This document shows, piece by piece, positions 1 through 9,108 of a DNA stretch of 64,000 bases. A program made the translations under genes and the position numbers. Numbering within the stretch: position 1 is the first letter of the stretch; every line of letters starts with the position of its first letter. The notes below the pieces were generated by a model. It was not told the origin of the DNA. It made no database searches and saw only the letters and a list, made by a program, of their open reading frames with translations. Source of the stretch: Minutocellus sp. GHC0000111 (taxonomy: Eukaryota); the NCBI GenBank assembly GCA_977018835.1, contig OZ361260.1, positions 3,782,001 to 3,846,000 on the forward strand, in the 5' to 3' direction.

Positions 1-342
1 TTTGTGTCGGTTCTGGCGCAAGACACGCTTTTCGATGAGAGCCTTACAAAAAGAACCCCAAATGAGGGAGACGTGCAAAAATACCCCAAACAAATATCCC
101 CTTATGTCCGCATCAAGATGCGGACAAGCTCATCAACAGTGTAGTAAGTACATCTGACGTCGTCTGGGAATGAGAGCAAGAGTGAGAGGATTGCCTCCTT
201 GGCGTTAGCACGTGATGTTTCCATGGTTGTTTTTTTGTTTTGTGTCGGTTCTGGCGCAAGACACGCTTTTCGATGAGAGCCTTACAAAAAGAACCCCAAA
301 TGAGGGAGACGTGCAAAAATACCCCAAACAAATATCCCCTTA
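1..342. repeat. Internal tandem duplication (period 238 bp) inside the element copy
   Basis: Bases 1-104 are repeated at 239-342. Confidence 0.9.
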
Positions 343-702
343 CCTCCCAACAGCAAAACTTCAAGATATCTTCCCACCAGCACCACCAATGCTGGTTGTG
401 CGTCGGCCGAGACTAATTTCGGTCGATCCGACGATGGAGCGCTCGATGATGTGCACGTCGACCACTGTGTTTCTGAGGGAGAGTTTATTCATCGAAGTTC
501 CTCTGAACCAAGTGTTCCTGGAGGGATTTCCGACTTAATGCTGAAAGGAACGTCGATGACTCTTCGCCACTGTGGAGAGCGGCGGCCTTCGATGAGGAGC
601 CCATTGTCACGTTGGAGTGCTAACTTTGGCGACGGTGCGAAGAAAAAACGGCACAAAACACGCTTTTTGGGGGGCTTCCTAAAAGTTATGGACAGCGCCC
701 TC
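1..702 (-). mobile_element. Terminal part of a second copy of the Kolobok-type element at 46188-50407 (runs off window start)
   Basis: About 109-702 aligns by eye with ~49844-50407, with a few substitutions and indels. It ends in the same TIR, TTATGGACAGCGCCCTC (686-702), followed by TAAA. Confidence 0.9.
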
Positions 703-704
703 TA

Positions 705-1853
705 AACCGCCCTCTTCAGAAAATGATCGACAGCCTGAAGATCAAATGTGAGCATAACGATTCAAAGGAGGGCGATGGCGACCAGCACCGGCCTCCCTCG
801 TCACGCCGCCGGACAACTGAAAGCGGCGAAGCCGTGGACGGCGAGGCGAAGGAGCCCGAGGCATGTGCGTGGGAGGGCCCTGTTTCGGAGTACCGCCAGC
901 ATGTCAAATCCTGTCCGTTCCGAGTAGTCCAATGCCCATTGAAATGTCGCGCTAGGTTTCAGCATCGATTCCTACAACACCATAAAGAGAACGAATGTCC
1001 TCGTCGCACTGTCACGTGCGAACAATGCGGCAAAAACAACATTCGGTTGGGGGGGATGGACCACCACAAGAACCATCAGTGCCCCGAGGCTGATGAGCAG
1101 TGCGAATACTGTGAACTTCAGATGAAGCGCAAGGAACTTGGCACTCTGCCGTATCTTGCTCAGGATGCGCTCACGACCAAGTGCCAAAAGTCTTTCTCTG
1201 GACACTACAAAGTATGCCCAAAAGTCCCAGTTCAATGCGAGTTTTATGGCGTTGGTTGTAGACATGAAGGAGCGCGGGAAGATATGCGTGATCACCACGC
1301 CGACAATGCTCGGTTCCATGCGAAGCTGGTAAGCGATGCCATCAATTGGCAGTCTACAACGGCGCATTGGGATGTATCCCCGAGGCTCATCGCGGGCATA
1401 GAAAATCGTGTCATTGACAGTCCACCAATCCCTGTCTTCGGTCTGCCTTACCAGTTCTTTGCTCGTCTCCATTTGGATGGAGAAAAGGTTGAGATTGAGC
1501 TACGCCTCCAAGAGGCACAGCAGCCGAATGGCGTCGAACGTCCAACCGTTTTGTTGCGAGATATCTCAATTTCCATCGACGCAGGCTATACCCTATGCTT
1601 TGCAAAAGGTCTACAGGATGGTGAGATCAAAGCAGTAGGCCCTGACACAGACAGCGTCGGAATATCTGCATTCTTTTGCAAAAGAAGGGAAAACGAAGTG
1701 AATTCATCACATGATGGCGAGGAAATTCAAAGAGTAAGAACAACCGTTGTCGAAGTCACAAGAGCAATGATCCAAGAAGAATCCGACGATGCCCAATTCA
1801 CTATCACCTTTGATGTGAAGAAGAATGTTGAGCATTTTTTAGCATCTCGGTAA
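705..1853 (+). CDS. TRAF-type zinc-finger protein, probably 5'-disrupted by the transposon
   Basis: Repeated TRAF Zn-finger motifs (CAWEG...HVKSCPFRVVQCPLKC...HKENECPRRTVTCEQC...HKNHQCP; CPKVPVQCEFYGVGC). The frame is open from 705 (NRPLQKMIDSLKIKC), which resembles the linker that normally follows an N-terminal RING. Confidence 0.75.
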   Translation, partial: NRPLQKMIDSLKIKCEHNDSKEGDGDQHRPPSSRRRTTESGEAVDGEAKEPEACAWEGPVSEYRQHVKSCPFRVVQCPLKCRARFQHRFLQHHKENECPRRTVTCEQCGKNNIRLGGMDHHKNHQCPEADEQCEYCELQMKRKELGTLPYLAQDALTTKCQKSFSGHYKVCPKVPVQCEFYGVGCRHEGAREDMRDHHADNARFHAKLVSDAINWQSTTAHWDVSPRLIAGIENRVIDSPPIPVFGLPYQFFARLHLDGEKVEIELRLQEAQQPNGVERPTVLLRDISISIDAGYTLCFAKGLQDGEIKAVGPDTDSVGISAFFCKRRENEVNSSHDGEEIQRVRTTVVEVTRAMIQEESDDAQFTITFDVKKNVEHFLASR

Positions 1854-2073
1854 AAAGGACTTCAATAAAAAATCTCTCTCGATCTTGGACTGGTCCTCCA
1901 GCTAGATCCATCTTGTGTGCACATCAAATTTGCATCTGTCCTTTGAAATATACTACGTAGCTAAATTGAGCTAGTCCACTAGCTAGAGTCCGCGAAACAA
2001 AATTTAGCCGGAGCATCCTAATTACACTGACAGATAACGTTTCTCTTAACTACGATATATCTATTTGAACCCA

Positions 2074-2766
2074 CTATCTCTCCATAGAACGCTTCCTCTC
2101 CAACAATATCCTTCCAACCTCCCTCTCCGCCAGGGCGGCAGCCTTTTGGCCCAGCGATCCACCAAATCCCGTCGGTGCCTCGCTCTCCATCATTCCTGCA
2201 CCGACCATACCCATACCACCTTCACCAGCTGACGGAGCCGGGGTGGAATGAATTGAGCAGCAAACATAGATGGGCATGCCCACCTTTTGCGCCAGCCGTG
2301 CCGACATTTGATGTCCGACGACCATGTCCTCCTCGGACTCTCCCCCCATGAGCTGCGTGGTGGCTGGTTCCCCGCCAGAAGCTGTGCTGGGATACGAGAG
2401 AAGGATCGGCCCCATGGCCGGTGGGACGCCACTTCCCACTAACTTGGATGTGGATGTATCATTACTGTCTGCTTTGGCACCCGCGGCATCACCACCCTCA
2501 CCCGAAGATGGCACGAGGTCACCCCAGCCGAACCAGACCATGGCCGACTTGCCGCCGGCGAGGAGGGTGATGGTCCCGACCACCCCCTTTTTGCTTCCGG
2601 TGCCTCCTGACGACATTGCGCCCATCTCTTCCCCATCCGACACGGCCGACGGGTCGACGCAAAAGGTGAGGACGTCGAGGTTGCTCGAGGAAGCGGGAAG
2701 GGCCTCGTACTCGGCCGGCTCCACTTGGGAGGCCGGCGTCGGCGTCTCGCTGTCGGAAGCAAACAT
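2074..2766 (-). CDS. Proteasome assembly chaperone 4 (PAC4/PSMG4)-like protein
   Basis: 230-aa ORF. SAMVWFG, TTQLMGG and QMSARLAQKVGMPIYVCCSI resemble the PAC4 family pattern. Confidence 0.55.
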   Translation of the reverse strand: MFASDSETPTPASQVEPAEYEALPASSSNLDVLTFCVDPSAVSDGEEMGAMSSGGTGSKKGVVGTITLLAGGKSAMVWFGWGDLVPSSGEGGDAAGAKADSNDTSTSKLVGSGVPPAMGPILLSYPSTASGGEPATTQLMGGESEEDMVVGHQMSARLAQKVGMPIYVCCSIHSTPAPSAGEGGMGMVGAGMMESEAPTGFGGSLGQKAAALAEREVGRILLERKRSMER

Positions 2767-2895
2767 GATGGGATGGTGTGGCTGGCGAGAGATACTGGTG
2801 CAAACCTGAATAATGGATTTACTGGATATATATGAACGGAGAGGGTGGAGGGTAGTCGATTACTGTGCAGCAGCTTCTCGTCCGTGCTGGGCCGG

Positions 2896-3132
2896 CACGT
2901 TGGCGTTGTATCGGGCACGATCGAGGCCCGAAACGGACGGACAGACAGACCAACATTTCAAGGCAAAACCGGACGGACGGACAGACCGTTTCGGCGATCG
3001 CCGGCGGCCGTTCTCAGTCGAGCGAGTCATCCCCCAAAAAGGTCTGACCCTCCGTCCGGTTTTGCCTTGAAATGTTGGTCTGTCTGTCCGTCCGTTTCGG
3101 GCCTCGATCGTGCACGATACAACGCCAACGTG
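2896..3132. mobile_element. Foldback/MITE-like inverted repeat (237 bp, CAC...GTG ends)
   Basis: Arms of about 85 bp starting CACGTTGGCGTTGTATCG are near-perfect reverse complements and extend imperfectly to about 100 bp around a short spacer. No TSD found. Confidence 0.7.
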
Positions 3133-3483
3133 GAAAAAATGAAGCAATTTTTTGCAGAGCGAGTCTGGCCGTCGTGGCGTTTGAAAGCGACGGACAGATC
3201 AGATAAAATGAACCATCCTGCCTGCTGAAAATCCGGCTCATATCTTCCGTCGGAGAAGTTGCATTTGCTATTCATTAGCGCGATTCCAATCCACTGAGCA
3301 GCCCAACCTAGTCTTCAGCTGCTTCTTAACCATTGGCTTGATCTGGTTTTGGCGTTTCAGCTGGCACGGAGCTTGGCACACCGGCGCAGCTGATAGACCG
3401 ACATCAAACATAGACTTCAACTTCCAGTTTTCTGCTTCCCTCACGGAGTATTAGCGTGGAACATTGTCGTTCCGGCGTTACCG

Positions 3484-6187
3484 TTGCCGTTGCCGTTGCC
3501 GGACTACCCACGGTCGTATCGCAAGGCCATCACCAAGGGCAAGTATGCTGGGAGCAGCAGGATCGAGTGCACCCTCTGCAACAGGGCAATCGAGCCCAAG
3601 CATATTGATCGGCACGAAAGCGGAGAGTCCAAAAGGCACAACCACAAACTCGCGAAAAGATATGCCGAGGAGCAGCAGCGCAAACGGGAGCGAGAACTAG
3701 AGCGAACGCGAAAGTTGGAGCAGGAAGAGCAGGAGCGGAGGGAAAGGGAGCAGAAGCGGCAACGTGAGGAGGAACTGGAACGAGAACGAGAACGTCAACG
3801 GTAACGCCGGAACGACAATGTTCCACGCTAATACTCCGTGAGCAACGGCAACGGCAGATCGAAGCAAAACGAAAACGCGATGTCGAAGCGCTGGACAGAG
3901 AGCTGGAGGAGCAAAATAGCAGCGATGAGGCGATTGAAATATCTTCGACTAGTTCATCGTCGTCATCATCTTCTGATGGTGGATCTGATGCGAAGATCTC
4001 GTCCGACGATGATTCTGATGTGCAGCTTGTGCTCCCTCCTTCCAAAGCATTGGCGAACCCGCCAACATCGAGTGAGAAACCTGAAAAGCTAAAGGGAATA
4101 ACCCAGCGTCGTAAAGACGGTATGTGGCAATCGCAATTAAGTGTGATTGGCAGGAATCGGCACATTGGAATTTTCAGGACTCCTGAGGCTGCTGCCGCGG
4201 CCTATCAAGCTGTTCGAAAGGCACTTGATGAATCAGGATTGCCTCCCACGGATAGTGGTCGCCTTGCCTTGTTCGAATCTGTAAGGGCGAAGGTAAAAGG
4301 TGAAGCTGCGAAGACCACGAACGCTTCCGGTGCGTAATTTGTGCTTTGATTTGACGATATCTTCATCTGCATCATTTCTTGCAAAACGCCTATTTCCAAT
4401 CTTACAGTCAATTGTCATATTCCATCACTACAGCCACAAGTGCACCGCTTTCTCCTACCACTCCAGTTCGCACCGCCGGGGGTACGAACATCCCGTCCAA
4501 AAATACTCCCAAAGGAACTATAGTTCCATCTGATAGACACTACACAGGTGCTTCTGGTACCGTGAGATGCATGGAAACGACCGTGAGGGGCAGACCGTGT
4601 CAATTTTGCGCGGTACCGGACTCAAGATTTTGCAATTTGCATAGCAGTGATTCTACAGGTTGTAAGGGCAAACGGAAGCGAAGACCTGCTATTGACGACT
4701 GGGCGAATAACAATTCGCCCGGGTCAAGCTTTGACACTGAATCTCCTCGTCAACAAAAGAAGGCAAGGCGAACTGAGCCAAAGTCCGATCTTCAGGAAGT
4801 GGCAGCCAGCAATCTTGGTTTGACGTTGCCGAAGAAACCAAAAGGTGCTATTGGCAGCTTCATATTTTATCGGATGGAGAAAGCAGCCGAAATTGCAGCA
4901 TCGAATACATCAGCTTCCTCGACGGAAGTGTCTAGAATAATTGGAGAAAAATGGCATAGCCTATCGTCGGAGGAGAAGGCTGGCTACGACACTATGGCCA
5001 ACAAGTCGAAAAAGGAGTATGAACAGGCATACAAAAGATACAGAGTTGACCTTGATTCATTCAAGAAAGCTCACCCAGAATGGCAGGTCGAGTGCGACCG
5101 AATTGTAAAGGAACATACTGCTGAAGCATTGAAGGAATTGGACGATCACATTGCCACCCAAACTGTGTCGTCCAGTGGTCGCTCACTTTGGGGGTCAGCA
5201 CCGATTGCTCCGATTCCCAAAATCTCGGCTACCTCATCTTCATGTTCCAACGAGTTGATCTTAGGCGGCCTGAAAAATGGTTCCATTAGACTCGAGCCGA
5301 AATACGAAATCATTTTGGAAAACATTGAGCTTGTCATGGCAACCCGGGAGGACGAAGAACGCAAGAAATCAACCTCTATGTATCGCAGGGGTAATATCGG
5401 TCTCCGTTGCGTTCACTGCAAACACCTGCCGCGGTCGCAGCAGAAGAAACAGGCCCTCGTCTTTCCCGGGGATGCATCGTGTTTCGGTAGCAATTTCTCT
5501 AACTTTCGGAATCACTTTACGCTTTGCCAAAATGTTGGCAGCGAATTGAAGGCGCAGATAGAAAGTCCACCGGATTATTCACCACCTCCTAATCAGTACG
5601 TGTCTGTTCTTCCCTACTGCAAAGCAGTAGGAGAAACATTTGGGATCGAAGATGATCCCAATGGTACAGTTCGTTTCTCGATTGATGTGCCGCGAGGTGA
5701 AGAGCCGACATCTTTTCTGATCAAGTCTGATCGCATTTCTACCAATCCGTGTGTTCCAGCTCATAGGAGTATCCCACTGCATACACAAGACAATTGGCAA
5801 CGGCACCATACCCCGGAACGAGTACCTACGCTGAAATGCAACTACTGCAAGAAATCTTTTACTACTTCAAAAGGTCTCAAGTTCCATCTCGACCATGCAG
5901 TGTGTCAGGAAAGCATTGAAGGTACTGCCAATACAAATGACTCGATTCTTGATTCAGGAGAAGCCATACAAGGTCCAGTTGATACTGATGCCGCCACTTC
6001 AGATGCTTCATTGGCATGTAAGCACTGCAAGACATCGTTCACTACACTAAACGGTCTTAAGTATCATCTCGATCACGCAGTTTGCCAGAAAAGCAGTCAA
6101 TGTGCTGCCAATGCAGATGCCGAGATTTTGCCTATGGAGAGAGCACTTCCGATCTCCGATGGGAGCGAAGTACATGACTGGAGGTGA
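3484..6187 (+). CDS. Multi-domain DNA-binding protein: AP2-like domain, HMG box, diatom-type Cys/His domain and two C2HC Zn fingers; 5' part frameshifted or uncertain
   Basis: AP2-like KGITQRRKDGMWQSQ...HIGIFRTPEAAAAAYQ (~4090-4220). HMG box PKKPKGAIGSFIFY...IIGEKWHSLSSEEKAGY (~4830-5040). CNYCKKSF..HLDHAVC occurs twice. A predicted GT-AG intron at 4330-4433 joins the AP2 and HMG frames in phase. The ORF at 3484-3804 is in a different frame. Confidence 0.7.
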
Positions 6188-6460
6188 CCGAAAAGCCTGT
6201 CGTTGAATCGATATGAAAAATCCTTTGCAGTTGAAAAATAAAACGCTTTGGAACAAAACTTGCACTCGAGCCCGGCTAGGCCGATTGGCAAATGGCTCCT
6301 AGCTCCTGTATTTTGCTCGGCTCGAGTCAAATTGCAAATGGCGAAGTGGTTTACGACCAGATAAACAAAGTCTGTAGTATCGCGCTGCCTTTCAGTTGGG
6401 AAAACTAAAGGGCTTGGGTCCGCGTCAGCTATGCGTATCGCTCGTTCCAGTGCGCCCACT
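6130..6460 (-). pseudogene. Inverted fragment of a diatom-type Cys/His domain
   Basis: The minus frame reads SPLVFPTERQRDTTDFVYLVVNHFAIC...GLAGLECKFC...GHLQSCTSLPSEI. This is the same domain type as in the plus-strand gene next to it, with no credible start of its own. Confidence 0.55.
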
Positions 6461-6464
6461 CCTG

Positions 6465-8886
6465 TGGTGCCCTGGCAGTACACTTCAATCGTCTATATCC
6501 TCTGGTGATAATTCTCTCACCGTCGAGTCAAGCGAGAATATTGTCAAGGGCCCCGCTCTTCTTGTAGAACAGAAGTCCAACGGCGAGAAGATTTGGGATC
6601 GATTCGAGTACGTTTTGATCACCAAGGTCGACGGCAACAAGCTCACCATCAAGCGCCAGTTCAATGGCAGTCCCGTGGCCAGAGAATTCCCTTCCGGCAC
6701 CTACATTGCACCGATGCCCTGGGATGACCGTAGCAAAACGCCGTACATTAACTATTATTTCAATTTGAGTGAGGATTGCCCTCTTGATGATCAGGGTCGA
6801 TCGGCCATGGAGGTCATGTTCGAGGACATGCTCTACCCCCTCGCCTACGGTGGAGAATTGAGCAATCTTGGCGGTCTTGACCTTGCCTCTGGGCCTCTAA
6901 CTGCCACGCCTTACAACGCAGACTATAATGTCGACGGCGTTGCCGATCCAGAATCTGTCTATCTCGCTGGTGTAAGAACATTTTACGAGAAAGTACGGGT
7001 AAGTTCAGCGACAGATGCAAGAGAGATCTATGAATTATTTCTACGGCAGACATGCCCAAATGAAATGGACTTGACCTCCGTGGTTTAGGTTCAACGAAAG
7101 AGTCATCTCACTTATTCGAAATATCTACGTCCTTCCTCTATCCTTCTCTCCGCCACATACACAGGACGTCCTCGGCCCCAATCGAGTCATTACTACGAGC
7201 CCAGATTGGGCCAACATTGATATGATCAACGGAGTCAATCAGGAGGGGTTGGCCAATCCCGATGATCCATGGGAGGAGGTTAGCCGCACAGTCAACGACA
7301 TGCTCTCCTGGAATCGCCTTGCAGAATTACCTCTAGCCAGCATTATTTTCTCCCAGTACTACGACAAGGAGGATGAACCGCTTCGTATCCAGCTTCAACG
7401 CATGCTAAATGGATACGCCACTTGCCTTGGTATGGCGGCTGACATCGAGCAAGCCGATGCTGGCGAGGCTGTAGACGCTATCCAGCGTGTCGAACTATTC
7501 AAGGGAGGGGAGCAAGAGGCCCACTGGCTCGGGCGCCCCCTTGGCCTCAAACGTCCAGCAGAGTATACACCTAACCTTCTTGGTGGAGCTTCGAGCTCCA
7601 GTGACTGGGACAACATTATGCCAGCTCTGCGAATCCTTCGTGGTGATCTTTCCATCGAAGGCGATGAGATGGTTTTAACGCCGTGGGACACCTACCCTGG
7701 CTACCTGACTTTATATCTCGATTTTGAGCTGGATGAGAAGGCCGACTTTACTGTTATCTTGGAGGCAATGTCGGAAGATGATCAATTCATGAGGAAGATT
7801 GTAAGTTCACGAGCGTGTGTGTGTGTTCTTACTTTGTCTTTGATGCTGCACATGATTGCTAATATTTGTCTTCCCATCTACTGCACGTGATTGCTAATAT
7901 TTGTCTTCCCATCGTTCAATATCTACCTGCAGTACCTGCCTCGAGTTTCTGTGCCTGTTGAGACTGGTCCTGTCCGTGGCCGCATCAGCAATCGAGACTA
8001 TCTGCCACTCTCGTTCTACGTCCGTGGCGCTGCCGCCGGCCAGGTTACCTTTGATTTCCGATTTGACAAGGGTGGTCCCATCCGATTCAAGAAGCTTGCA
8101 GTGCACAAAAGCCCTGATACCTTGGCTTGCGAGTTCGAGAAAGGCGTCGTCCTGGTCAATCCAAGTCTTGAGCAGAGCACATTTGACTTGACCGAGCTCT
8201 TCCCTGACCGTCAAGATTACCGCCGACTAAAGGCTGCCACTCCTTCGGGCGATGTACCTGACAAGTACCTAACAAATTTCGAGCAAGCACTTGAGATCAA
8301 CAATGGCAAGGATATCTCCAGACCTGAAATTGTCCGTGTTGGGGAACGCAATGCCCTCTTCCTCATCGCGAACGACGTCAGTAGTCCTCGTCCTCCCACT
8401 GTCGATCCGTTCCGAGGCGTTGACCCTGGCACAATGGTACCCACCATCGCCCCCGCTGGTACAGACGCTCCAGTTGCGATCTCCGAGACTCCAACAGATG
8501 CACCGGCCACCACACCTACGGCCTATGCCTTTAACTTTGAGATCACGGAAGGCGTTTTCGTCGGATGCAATTGGGTCAAGAAGAAGCCTGACCTGACGGA
8601 GGCCCGCTGTCATAGAACCACTTTCGATGGAGACCTTGTTTTGGACCTCTGTTCAACCGAGTGTGCCGAATATTCCAGTGATCATCGGGGAGCTAGCCCT
8701 ACCAGCTCACCGGTCCAATCTCCTACGGAAGCGACCAATGAGGAGGAACGGTTCGAGCTCAAGGGAGGCGTCTTCATTACTTGCAACTGGCCGACCAAAA
8801 AGAAACCAGCACGCCGATGCAACAAGGTCACCATCGACGGCTTCGTCATCAAGGACCTCTGTCCCGAAGTCTGTCAGGGATACTAG
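6465..8886 (+). CDS. Bacterial-like putative glycoside hydrolase-type protein with Pro/Thr linker and two C-terminal ShK-like Cys repeats; 5'-truncated
   Basis: Exons join in frame through GT-AG introns at 6999-7164 and 7801-7932. Contains EFEKGVVLVNPS and WLGRPLG motifs, a PT-rich linker and two CNW..K...RC....LC...C repeats. No signal peptide or natural start is present. Confidence 0.55.
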
Positions 8887-9108
8887 AGAGTCTAGTATTA
8901 GCAAGACAACAATTGCGCGAGGATCTTGCCCTTGTATTAGAGTATCGTGTCGTTAGAAAAGAAGCATCATTTATATAGAGGAGAGCACACCCTTCAGGAT
9001 CATCTACCTCTTTCTCTCTCCTTTTGTTCGAATGGTAATAATTTATTAGAGTAAAGTCATACTAAAAGTAGGTTCCCAATGTTACGTAGTAATTTTTGCT
9101 TTGGTCCA

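Noticed and set aside
221..230. CCATGGTTGT in the copy-1 insertion matches 46142-46151, just outside the other Kolobok copy
   Set aside because: A 10-bp match can arise by chance in 64 kb.
7852..7913. Duplicated 26-mer TGATTGCTAATATTTGTCTTCCCATC
   Set aside because: An ordinary local duplication within an intron.
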